Assembly (NCBI GenBank): GCA_000934665.2
Contig: KZ538117.1
Span: 62,001 to 126,000 of the forward strand
DNA from: Catajapyx aquilonaris
Taxonomy: Eukaryota
Length of the DNA: 64,000 bases
Reading direction: 5' to 3'
Shown here: in pieces, positions 39,489 through 51,586 of the stretch
Numbering within the stretch: position 1 is the first letter of the stretch
How the letters are laid out: every line of letters starts with the position of its first letter
Notes under the pieces: generated by a model
The model's database searches: none
What the model was told of the DNA's origin: nothing
The model's input: only the letters and a program-made list of their open reading frames with translations
Translations under genes and position numbers: made by a program

Positions 39489-39722
39489 CAGTACCCATAG
39501 CATAACTTCTCAAAAAAGGGATTAGGCGACCTTTCCCCTTCCACTTTAAGGCCTAAGCGATCTGATTGGTGGAGCAGAGAGTGGCAGCCTCTGCTCCACC
39601 AATCAGATCGGTGGGTACAGTGCGGTGCAAAAGAAATGATATTTTGAAACCCTGCCGTGTATGGATTAACCACACAGGTCGCAATATTGAGGACATTTTG
39701 AGAAGTTAGGATGTGGATACTA
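39489..39722. mobile_element. Tc1/mariner-type MITE family D, copy 2 (uninterrupted)
   Basis: ta|cagtacccatagcataacttctcaaaa ... ttttgagaagttaggatgtggatacta|ta. Contains an internal perfect 22-bp hairpin at 39558-39610. Confidence 0.8.
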
Positions 39723-42216
39723 TAAGCAGATGCAACGCACGAGTTCCGTATCGCCCTCAGTTACCGCCATTTGGTAAAGGTATGATGTTGAAATTCGATA
39801 GGATTGCCACAAAATATCTGTAGGAGTGTTGGTCTGAATTAACAACACATTAAAACGCACGCGAGAGTCGCGAACAATAGGCAGCTAATAATATTTGTCG
39901 CCACAGACCTGTGAAAACGCAGACAATTGACGAATTTCAGGAGGACACCCTATGCACTATTGTTTCCACATTTGAATCCGAGCCTAAAGTTGCGTAAGTC
40001 ATGTTGAACTATTTAGGATAGACCTGTGCGACTCACCCGTGCAAAATGATACCTCGTTCATTGCTGGCTGTTATTGTCCTATTGTCCAAATTCATGTCAT
40101 GGGTTGTCCCGAACAATGGACTGGAAGGGACACAAAAGCCACGGGTTGGTTTTCACATTCAAGTCGGAAACGTGATGAAGTAGTGCGCTGAGACGAGTAA
40201 TTATCATGGATCAGTTCCACATGATGCCTTTGTTGACAATAGGATCTATCGCATTTTTTCCCCTGATGAATTATCTGTTGCAAACAATTGGCACACGTGC
40301 CCCGTCCAGTTCCATATTTTTCTTTGATTAATGCTCCTGCAAGCAGCACAAAGGTGACGCATTGCCCATGAATGTGTCCTCACACTGCAAAGCTTTGCCA
40401 CGTGCATAATATTGAAACCCTCGTCCTCCTATAGGATTATGTCAGCAAACGCCCCCCATGTGTGATCAGATTAGGAGAAAATAGTATCAAATTGGGCTCT
40501 CAGATTTTCAGGAATAATTTTCATCGGTTGAGGACATCACCATTGACAGCGTACCCCCAAAAAGTTGATAAGCAAATGTTATAATTCAGTTCATGGTTTG
40601 AATTTTACACGTTTTAGAGCACTGTAAACATGTAATGGATTAGTTAAAGTGTTGACTCGGATAACGCGTTTACCCCGGCTACTGGAAATTGGCTCTAGCG
40701 GAGCAAAGAAAATAAATCCATTTGAATAGTTGCCACCGAAGCTGGTAGTTGCGGTTTTGCGGGTTGGCCCCAGTCCAGACGAATATAGGACATGCACCTT
40801 AAGGTACAGCTGTGCGATATTCCGATACATCGAACATGTGATTGGTATTTTCTTACTATATGAGCGATATAATTGCGATTTTCGATGTGCATCGATATTC
40901 GATTTTCAATACAAACCTATGATATTTGTTTAAAAAATATATAATGTCCATATGAAAATATGTGCCCTGAAGCCATACGGCCATGAAGTCAAATGAGCGT
41001 CTCGCGCGCCCTCTACTTTCCATCGTTCCATAATGAGCCATAAGCCCAGAAAGTGCAGCGTTTTTGTCAGCAGGGTTTCGAGGCAAGATAAATAGTAGCA
41101 TGACATGAACCAATGGAAGCCTGAGAAAATATGGCTCACTTGCGGTCATCTCCTTTTAGTAACATTTTATGAGGACACGCTGAGCATAAAATATTCACAA
41201 ATATTTCCCCGAGCTTTATGGTCGCTTAGCTTGTGGATCATGTTTTGTAGCGCTATATGCGTGAATAATGGGAGGAACATTTTCCGAGAGTCGAGTTTTG
41301 ACTGCCGGACGAGCATTTTCATGCCAGAAAAATATTAGGCGGAAAAGAGTAAGCATTGCAGAGGAAAGAACGTATTTTTGTTTGCATATAGAGTAGAATA
41401 AGTGTGTTGTTAACTTTTGAAGAAATGATGTTGCAAAAACAGATTTGCAAATTCTGAAAATGTCCGGAGGAGCTTTATTTTTTTGTGTCTCAACACGCTT
41501 TTTCTTTTTAAAAAATCCGGCAACTTCTTACCTGCATCTGCCTGGGGAAATATATAAACCCAGCGTCTGGCAGGCTCTACATCACATGTGTTTGACAAGC
41601 CATGAAATTTTAAGACCTGGACGTAATCCGAATTGTCATCATTATTACCATACTCGCCGTAACCGATGAAATATCGTTCTCTCGACACACGAGTGCAAAA
41701 GCAGCGTATTTTTCCATTGGAGACGCTGTATTTATGAACGCGCCCTACATGATCCCTATCGCAACCAGAGTTGGCATCGGAGATGATGGCATACGTCAAC
41801 CCCTACCTATTCTGGTTATGAGACCACGCACACACCCCACGCTATACAGTGTGATTAATGCTGTGTTTGTGTTGCTGGCCTGCCTAGCTTCAATCCGAGC
41901 CAATTTCTGAGGAAATCCGACGTAAACTGCGTGCACTCTGCAGCCCAATTTGGTGCGACATTAGCACGAGCTCTCGGCTATTAATTTAACTAACCCATAA
42001 GCGGACACCGGGTCTAGTATGTCAAATGAGCCAGTACATAACAAACATGTTTTTAAGCCGATTTAAAGCTCGCCGGATTTGCGTGAGAAGGAATAAGGGA
42101 AACTAACTATTTTCGACTCTGATTCTTAAGGGTACTTGACACCGTTCATTTACTAATTGCAGTTGAGGTATTAGTTGGTAGGTGAATATGCGCAGAAATG
42201 ACCATCACACCGTATA

Positions 42217-42528
42217 CAGGATGTTTCAACTTTTTTGTCCGAACAGTTATCGGAAGATTTCACGTAGCTGCTACTTTGTAAGCAGTGACTTGCAACCGGT
42301 GATTTTTCGGAGGAATGGGGAAAAAGAGGGTCACACATCCCATGGCATGTGTTTCCAGGCTTGACCCTCAATTTTCCGCGGGCAGCACGTATGCCACTTC
42401 AACCTACTATTCTCAGGGAATATTCCCCTTTCCTCCGAAAAATCACCGTTTGCAAGTCACTGCTTACAAAGTAGCAGGTACGTGCAATTTTCCGATAACT
42501 GTTCGGACAAAAAAGTTGAAACACCTTG
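42217..42528 (-). mobile_element. Tc1/mariner-type MITE family A, copy 2 (inverted relative to copies 1 and 3)
   Basis: TA-flanked long TIRs. The core tttccaggcttgaccctcaatttt...gggaatattcccc is the reverse complement of the copy 1 core. Confidence 0.92.
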
Positions 42529-42546
42529 TATGTATTAATGTATAGA

Positions 42547-43015
42547 CAGCGTGTTCCAAGTTCGTGGGTAGTGTTTAGTAATCATTCATATCACCCGAAG
42601 TAGTTGTTTTTGTGCAGCTTGTTGTGCCCCGATCCAGGTGCATCTGTACAGTACAACATTACTCTCAGGTGGTCGAATGTAGCAGTGGTTGTATAGGCTA
42701 TAATATGGCGACTGATTAGAGACACAACAAGCTACAAAAAAATAGCTTTGAGCATATTTCCCAAGGGGGTAACCACTCGACTGAAAAGTGTACACTGGAC
42801 TGGAGTACCAAATTCAAGGAGTACCAAGGAGTACCAAATTCTAAGGTACCTAAGGAGTACCTGGGAGTACCACTGGCAGGTGTACACCGGAGTACCGATA
42901 AATACAATACAATACAATAAATACAATACACCGGAGTACCGAAGTGGTTACACCCCCTTGAAATTTCCTATAACAATAACTATTATAAAAGACCCCACGA
43001 ACTTGAAACACCCTG
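42547..43015 (+). mobile_element. Tc1/mariner-type MITE family B, copy 1 (with nested 199-bp element)
   Basis: cagcgtgttccaagttcgtggg ... cccacgaacttgaaacaccctg. Collinear with 58268-58527 except for the insert at 42762-42960. Confidence 0.88.
42762..42960. mobile_element. 199-bp non-autonomous TIR element with 8-bp TSD (hAT- or P-like) and GGAGTACC repeats
   Basis: TIRs caagggggtaaccact / agtggttacacccccttg. TSD atatttcc / aaatttcc. The empty site gagcgaaatttcctataac is present in the sibling MITE near 58468-58486. Seven exact ggagtacc units plus (aatac)n. Confidence 0.88.
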
Positions 43016-46000
43016 AGTATGTTTAATAACTTAATGACTTTTTCTGCTGCTCAGGAATTTCAGTAATTACACTGTTGTGCTCAAGTTGAAAAAACGTAAT
43101 AGTACAATGCAGACCCTGTGGAATGAAGGTAAAATGTGCATACTGTTAGAGATAAAACTTTTTTAGTATGGTAGAACAATATTTTCCCTCAGTAACAGTC
43201 ACAACAGTTGAGCCCATATGAAAGTTGCAATCCAGCTGTGCGTGCTTCACCTACGAACTTCAAGAGCCAAGAGAGGATAGTCCAAAAAGGGCGTTCTCCT
43301 CCCCAAAATTCGGCACTTTATTTGCCCCAGATACCTGTATTTATGTCCATTTTTCTGAATTTATTCCCTCCCCCCCACTCCTCCGGGACAAATCTCGCGC
43401 AGGCCTAGGCCACCATGCCGCGTCGTCAACGACGTGAAAAACTAACTTGTGACGTCAGTGATGGAACGATACAATTTGTGCCTGACAAGTGGCGGCTTTT
43501 ATGGGAGGTCGTGAAAATCCACTCCCCTAAGAGGAGCTGGGAGCTGGGAGAGGGGGTGTTCTCTGGCTCTATTTTTTTCAGCGCAAGGACTGGGTGACGC
43601 CATGTGCAGATCAGTCCGCAGAAAATAGGCCGACGGATAAGATGGAAACGGCCAAAAGCCAGCTTCCACCGAAACATTTACATTCCCTCCGTAGCCCACT
43701 CACTTTCTTGCCAGCTATTCTCTTACTTTTTCGGCTCGTTGAGCTGGCCCGTCACGTTCACTCTTCCTCCACATTCCACTCGCCCAACTTCTCTCAGGGA
43801 CTTGTTTTCTTTCCTCCTTCCTTCTTAGTTACACCTATACGCTCTTTGGAGAGGTTCGGTTTCCCGCGTTGGATTGAAGATGGCGGACCCCCAGAACTTG
43901 GGGAGGGGATGTTGAAGTGGGCTGAGGGCTTTGGAATTGGACAGGGCCGCTCAATCATCGTCAGGGGCTTCTAAATTCATTCTAGAGTGGGGCCCAGATT
44001 CCTGATCTATCACGCCTAACAGCGTACAGGGTCTTTTTATGTTGTACGTTTGGGTGAAACGTTGATGCCTGCGATATATTCAGAAATTTATTGTAGCCTA
44101 CAACTATCAACTATGTCCATCGCTGCTGCAGCTCAATATGCATAGTTAGAGGGGTCCATTCATTTGGAACATTACATTTCCACTACAGATCGCCATTGAA
44201 ACTTGATGGGCTCTAAGTGGTGAACTGCGGAGGACCAAAAGTGCCCTAAAATAATTCAGAACGAGGGGTGCTGACGACATGGTGTGAATAGCATGCTGGG
44301 GAGTGTGTGACCTCAAAAATAGGAAATGCGCTGAATTCAGAGAAGCTGGGGTGTAGCAGTTTAGGTCAGTATCAGCGCATTTGAGCGCAGCGTCCATTCC
44401 CGTCCACCCCGCTATAAAATCTGTCCATTGCGTTAGGGGTCCCATTTTTACACGTAACGGGCGATGAAATAGGGTCCCCACGAGCCATTTGGTAAGTGTG
44501 GCCCGAGCATGTTGTCAAATCTAAAGAGCACTGGATTAACAATTTAGCGTAGATGTGTCAGGCTGATTATAGGCTGGGGAGAAGAAAAAAATGCTAAGAT
44601 ATCGTCAGGCATCGTAATGGGGCGTGACGATGAGATTTATAGGCGTCGGAGCACGTGCTTTTGAAGTGGACCCAAAATTTCGGGTGGTGGTAGGGAGGCT
44701 GGGAGGGAAACTCCATTAGTACTGGTTCATATTCTGGCGTAGACGCCAACACCTTCGAGGGCGGAACCATTCGGTTGAATTCCACGGAGGCAGAGAGCTA
44801 GTCTTACTTATCTTCATCTTTTGGCAGATACATGTGCAGGTCACGTCCCGCAATCTCGCGAGTGGAGCTGTTGCAACATGCCCGCACTATCCGCCATTTT
44901 AAGCCTCGTTCTTGCTGTCTGGGACAAAGGGAATGTATTAGGCCAAGGATTTAGAGCATGACGTAATGATTTAATTAATACTTAAATGTTATGTGTACAG
45001 TACCCACTCTGATACTTAACCTTATAGAATGCTGTGAGTGCCTGTTGCGACATGAAGACGAAGTATCAGCGTTCTCGTGTCTTCATAAGAATGATCACAA
45101 GATTCCTCTAGGCACTGTTACATTGTTGTTTTACTCCCATAAAATGACATCAGTATAAAATTGATTCATTTGAGTGAGTAATACCAAGTAACTTTCTAAC
45201 GTGACAAATAGTTTTCTTATTCTCTAATTGATGACTGTGAATTTAATACGAGACGATACAGAATGTGCAGCCCCCAGAAGTGCAGCCTCCGGAAGTTTAC
45301 AATTTTGTTGGCATTCGTACATTTTTTATGCAGCTGAAATGTCAGCTGCTATTTTTAACCGGCTTATTAACGGAAGCAGCTATAGCATAAGCATAGATTG
45401 CAAACATGGCCGTCAGCCACAACATCGGTTTAGTAAATCTAGCCACATTTCCGCTCACCACATGATACCGTATTTTGAGACATCTAAAGATAACGGAAGA
45501 TGAAATGGTGGGTTCACCAGAAGCAAAATATCTATCCATTTGTACATCAGCCGCCATGTCACGTCATATTTCTAGCCAGTCAAAACAGATAAAATAAAGA
45601 TGCAGGATGTTCACTAAACAGATGCATATTGCCCAAAAAATTTGCACCCTGTTTATGTTGCATCAAGCATCATCATACTCACCTGACTGATGGGCCCTGT
45701 TCAAAAATGTGTACACCTGACAGGTGGAGTGACTAACCTTTCCGTCACGTCGCACCAGTTCAAAAGCACATGACGCCTAATAGCCAACAAACACCAATAA
45801 GAACTAAATTATAGTCCACATAATAATCATACACTTACATACTCACTCGTAAGTCTCTCACATGTTTTCACACTTAAGAATTCCTTACCTCCCAACGTCT
45901 GGCCGGGGATTCCCCGTATATATTTGGATGACTCAACCACTAAGTAAGCGGTCACCTTCTAGCCAAGAAACACAACAGGACGAAAGAAATGGATTCATGG

Positions 46001-46982
46001 TCTCACATCCTTCACTGCCATGGGCCGCCAGAAAAGACAATAAAAAAGACCATGCACGACGTGCTTATGCAAATGCGGCCACCAGGGGCCTCCGCTGCTT
46101 TGTGATGAGGAGCCAAGTCTTTTCCTAACACTGCGGTAATCCGGGCCAGGCTAACCCTAACTAATGGCGTAGGTCCCTCTTTGCTTTCTGACGGGGAAGG
46201 GCGAGGATACTTATAACAGGGGTAGAGATATTCAGTGGGAATGTCGTAAGTATACAGGAGCGCGGGNNNNNNNNNNNNNNNNNNNGGGGGCTTGACTCAA
46301 CAAGGAATGGGAAGAAAGTTACAGTAGGGTAAGTAAATAAGTATCTGGAGGTTTGAAAAATAAGATGGAAAGTTAGGGTTTGCTGCTATGGTTAGGAGGG
46401 GTAGAGAGAGAGAGAGAGAAGGTTTTGGGGGGCAGTTGGAAGAGGCGGGCTCTTTGAGGGTGGGTAAATAGTGATAAGCGAGAATCAAGGCACCCTAACG
46501 TGTGTGCAGAACGTTTCTGCGAATTAATGGTGGTTTAGGATTGAGGTGGTGGCCATTAACATTTAGATTAATATCAAAATTATATCCGGTTGGTGTGTGT
46601 GTAGAAATATTTTTAGGATGTTCCAATTGGATTTGATGCTGGTAACACCATGGTGCCTCAAAATAATAAATCTGTGGATGTACTGTAATTAAATTACACA
46701 AGATGATTAGTATGATGTAATTTGTATCATGTACCATGCCATCAATCATTTACAGAACCTGCATTTGCATGGATGGTTTTATGCCATGCAAATTTCGATA
46801 ATTATTATGTAAATAATATTAAATTATTAGATAACTTATACATGCACTGATTATTCGGCTGAAAATCCTCGATTGTGCACGTTCTCATTGTACAAGTACG
46901 AACTTTGAAGAATTTCACCTTGACAGTGTGCTGATTCACTCTTGGAATCACACTGCCGGCGTTGGGTATATATTACCCCCCT

Positions 46983-46991
<9 letters not shown>

Positions 46992-47025
<34 letters not shown>
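46992..47025. repeat. (CT)n microsatellite preceded by poly-C
   Basis: Direct observation. Confidence 0.95.
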
Positions 47026-47026
<1 letters not shown>

Positions 47027-49512
47027 AAGGGACCCAGTCAATTAGGTAGGAAAATCAATGATGTTCGGCCCAGTCGGCTTTAGGAAAAAAAGTTTTTCGT
47101 TCCATCATCAAAACGTCACTGCTGGTGTCGTGGGAAAGCAGAACTCCGGGAGACAAGTGAATGTAGACAAGATGACGCGGATTAGAGCCAAAATATTTTC
47201 ACGTTTATGAACTTAAATTAGTTTATCACTTTTGTACTTGGTTGAACTGTAGAGGAATAATACTGGGAAAAAAAATACATTTGCCTTCATCTCCATCTGC
47301 AAATCGATTTCATCCAGGTGGCAGGATTTTCTGAAAAATTCTGACAAAATGCACAATATGTTTTTAGAGTGGTCTATAAGCCTGACAGAAACTGAGGCTC
47401 AACCTGTACTAGTGCAAGGTCCTCTACGACGATTCAAAGCTGGCTATTTGATTTTTTTGCTGCTCCTAGACTACTTAGGACTACATCGTCGCTTCCGGGA
47501 ATTTTACGAGCTCGTCCTCTTTTTTTTTAAACAAAAAAAGGGTCCGGCACTAGCAATGGGTGTTTGTAGTAATTAGTGTACTGCACCTAGAGAAGTGCAA
47601 AAAAAATGTGCAAAAGTCATGCCTGCAGCGAAACTCCGGTGCTACGCTGCAAACAACGGCGCGAGGTTGTAAACAAACCGGTGGTTCCTAGACACGTGGG
47701 TTAGTGGAGAGGTCACCACAAAAAGGGCCTGGCAAGTGCAAATGAGCTTGTGGGAATGGGCACGTGGCCTATGTCCGGCATCGTGCCCAACCCCCTCCCT
47801 CCCCCTACTCCCACAAGGCTCTCTCACCCCCGCCTCCCACCCCTTTTGCAAACTTGCAAATATTAGCATTAACATGGGCGGAATAGGCAGGAGTGGCGCA
47901 GGCCACAGATTGTTTCGCCCACTGAATTTGCTGTGCTGCTGGCATATCCCGCCCTCACCACCCTCTTTTGCTTCTTCCTATTTGCATACATTGTGCTAGA
48001 GGTTTTTTTTTTCACATTCCAGACACCCTGACTGTGAAATGGCTCTTAAAGACAACCACTCAGCTGAAAACCTGTGAGCAATTGTAATTGTGTCAAAAAG
48101 TAACTTGGAGGGCAAAAACAATGTTATGCATTATTTGGAGAGGTATTCGGGCGTTTTTTGGGGTTGCATTTGGTCAAAGCGGCATCTGTTGTGCGTGAAT
48201 TTCAAAGTGTTTTTAGGGTACCACAAACAGCATGGCGGCCTGGAGGTAAATTTTTTGTGTGTGTGTGCAAAAATACTGTACAATGTGTGCTAGATGCTTA
48301 GATTAGAAGTAGTAATTAGTTCAGATTAATTATTGTTGAGGCGGTAATTAGATTTCGGTTATTTGATTTGGTTGGATATGGACGCTTTAAATAAATTGTT
48401 GTGCCAATCTGAAGTTTATAAATCTATGGACAGATGTTTCATATTGAAACCGGTCGTTGGATGATGTGGACTATTTCACATTTTGAAATAAATTTTTTTG
48501 CATTTAAAAACACATCTTAGGTACGGTACATGCAACAGAAATCCAAGAAATACGAGCAATAAATCTAGAGTTAAATATCCATATCAGCGAGCAATCTGTC
48601 TGATTTTTTCCTAGATATGGACAAAATAGATGCTCATACTGGCCGGTTGCATGTTGACGTGTGTGGTATAACGATCTGGTGTATCTCCTTTTCGTTTGAT
48701 GACAGTGCTGTCGCTTGTAGGCGGTGAGAAGGATGTTACAGTCCTTGTTGGAAGATAATGTCTCTCATTGTCGAAGGCGCCGTCCACGTGCATTAGCGGA
48801 TACACTGGATGCAGATTTTCAATCAGCGTGACTCCTGTAAGGTTTGGCGCACTTCCTTCTCTTGTGACTGACGTGAGGTTGCCAAGGAGATGAGAAATGG
48901 GATAGCCTACCTAGGATAAGGAGTGGCAAGTAAACTGTCCGGGGAAACAACGCATAGTCTGTGTCAACATCTGAACACTGGACCTACTTCTAGGAATAAT
49001 TTTTTTTAAATCGATATTCTGGACTTATATGATTCGTGTAACTTATAAGACTGGAAAGGTCCTTGCTGATAACGCACCCAGTTAGAAGTTCTGACATTTG
49101 AGGTGTGATGGACAGTTGCAGATACTTTTGCTGTTTTAGGGTTGACAGCTTCCTGTTCCCCTTAGTGTCACTTCTCTGCCAATAATAAGGAGCATGATAT
49201 TTTTGGACAATGACGTGCATTTAAAATGTTTCCAACTTGCCCCATATGCTGTATGCACCATGGTGGCTAAGCTTAAGCAGAAGAAAGTTGATTGTATCAT
49301 GGCAGAGAAATTTCCAAATGTTAATGGAAAATAGTTATCCATCAAATGAATTTCGACCCTACCCATTTACCGACATGTAAATGAACTTGAATATTACAAG
49401 TTATGGATACTGGACAGAATTTTTCAAAATTAAAGAGAACGCATTCAAATCCACGGTACTTGGACTTTACAATTAAATTTTATGATATTTCAAGCGGAAT
49501 CGTCATGTTGTG

Positions 49513-49674
49513 CAGTGCTGGCCATATATCGAGGCAACCGCCAGCGACATTTTCCCGAAGCGGCAGAAGAAGGAATCGAAGATAAGCATGCTACAAGCCG
49601 GGCGAGCAAGATTCCTTCTTCTGCCGCTTCGGAAAAATGTCGCTAGTCGTTTCCTCGATATATGGCCAGCACTG
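49513..49674. mobile_element. 162-bp fold-back MITE
   Basis: ~65-bp TIRs cagtgctggccatatatcgagg...cgaagcggcagaagaaggaatc, with few mismatches. Flanks tg / ta (probably a mutated TA). Confidence 0.88.
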
Positions 49675-51311
49675 TACACGCAGCACCAAATAATGTACTA
49701 CTGTAAATGTTCAAAATTATTTCTCGGGAGAACATCAAGTGACTCCATCGGAAAAGCGTGAGCAGCTGCATTGCACCTTGACTGATCACACCCTTCAAAT
49801 GATGCATAATTATACTGATACGCCACTTTTCAAATGCTGACCAATATTGTGCCACCTAGTGTACAAACGAACCAGTAACGCAATTTTTAAAAAATCACCA
49901 TTAACCTGCACCTGGTTTCAGCATTTTAAAAAATAACATACAATTTTGAGAAGTGGTTCGCTATAAGTACGAAATTAAGCTACACAGTACGTAACGTACT
50001 AGTAGCACCTAAACTACCCTAGTAGAATCGAAATAAGCCTCCTTTCCACCCATCTCTCTCCCACTTTGTATGGCACAGCGCCCCAAAATTGTCTGCACTT
50101 GCAGCATTTCGCCTTAATCCGGAATGTTTAGGAGTAGTAACGAACGAGCGAGGACAGAAACTTTGCATCTGGCTGCGGACGAAAACCGCGGAAACCCAGA
50201 AACTTCTGACTGCAGGTATTGACACGGGCTCCTGGCAAGTGTGCCGGGGTTGTTGGCATTTAATCCATCGCTGATTAATATTCCCCACATTATGAAGGCG
50301 CATAGCGGACGGAGGCAAGAGCGGTGGCTTAGCCGTTGCTGAGTTGCTGACCACTTCGAAGGTCGGGGGGGTTATATCGGTTAGCCAGCAGACCACGGTA
50401 GAAAGAAATATCCAGTCGTTTTTTTTATACTCCATTCCAGGGGTTGGTGGTTCCGACAGCGTATAGGTCGTGTCTCAAACAGGCAACTCAATAAAGTTGA
50501 ATTGCCTTGCTACATCAAATGGTTTTGGGCTTGTGCTGGGTTCTCAGCAGGGACCATCTCACCACCACCTGGTTCTATATGCGTTATAATTTTGCCGTAT
50601 GTCACATATGAGATGTAATTCTTTCCAAGTGATATTTCGAATGGGATTCTGGATAGTAGAATGCGTTTTGTAATATCGGTTGAGATCAGGGAGTAATCGC
50701 ACTGGGCACTGCCAATAACTCCGTTCGTTTTGCATTTATAGGTTGTAGAATGTTATCCTTACAGCACACATACAGTAAAAAATATAGGTGAAACAATTGA
50801 CTACAAAAATTACACACCAATATACAGATCCAATTGTGCTTATTATGCAAAGTGATTTCCATGAGAAAATATGTAAAGTTAATATTTAGAGCCAGATGAA
50901 TAATAACGTGGCTTATTTACAAGGTTATGGTGTGTGTCACAAAGCGATGAAGTGATTTTTCAAAAATCCGTACCTTTTGATCTGATAGATCTATTCGGAT
51001 TTTCCTTTTCGGAAAGTTGAGGGAAAATGTAAGCTATGTCGTGTGTAGTGAATTTTTGACATCAAAACAGAGCTGCTTTCATGTTTGCACACTTTTCAAA
51101 TACAGTATCATAGGCTACACCAAAAACATAATAATAAATGGCGGTGTAAGCAATTTTGGAGTTGTCAGAGGATATGAAAAGACTGTTCCGCGACTGCGTA
51201 TTCGGAAAGGTTTTGTAGACCTGATATAAAGGTATAAACTGCAAGTTCTATGAAGTAAAAGTTATACACATGACCATAATTCATAGCTGATTGTGCCATA
51301 CTTACCATACA

Positions 51312-51586
51312 CAGGGTGTTAATCCTAAGCGTGTCACCAGAAAAGGTGGTGCTAGAGGACGCAGGTGTGAGCATTTTTGCATAAGGAACTAGGGGTCGGA
51401 AACGCACCCTCACGGAGTCACTCCGCCGCGTGCCGCACGCCTCTTGCACACTGCCTGCCGCAAACTTGAAAGGGGCGTAACTCGGTGAGGGTGCGTTTCC
51501 GACACCTAGTTCCTTATGCAAAAATGCTCACACCTGCGCCCTCTACCACCACCTTTCCTGGTGACACGCTTAGGATTAACACCCTG
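51312..51586. mobile_element. Tc1/mariner-type MITE family C with ~110-bp TIRs
   Basis: cagggtgttaatcctaagcgtgtcacc... / ...ggtgacacgcttaggattaacaccctg|ta. About 6 mismatches between arms by manual alignment. Confidence 0.92.

Noticed and set aside
41990..42017. Second Helitron 3' end (accc...gggt-ctag|t)
   Set aside because: Weak hairpin, no spacer before CTAG and no identifiable 5' end.
42800..42940. CRISPR-like repeat/spacer appearance
   Set aside because: Repeats are only 8 bp, spacers are short and irregular, there are no cas genes, and it sits in a TIR/TSD-bounded element within a eukaryotic intron.
48400..48500. Penelope-type hammerhead ribozyme (gaaaccggtc followed by aataaa)
   Set aside because: No intact CUGANGA core or stem II at the right spacing. 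A similar candidate near 12935-12970 also fails.
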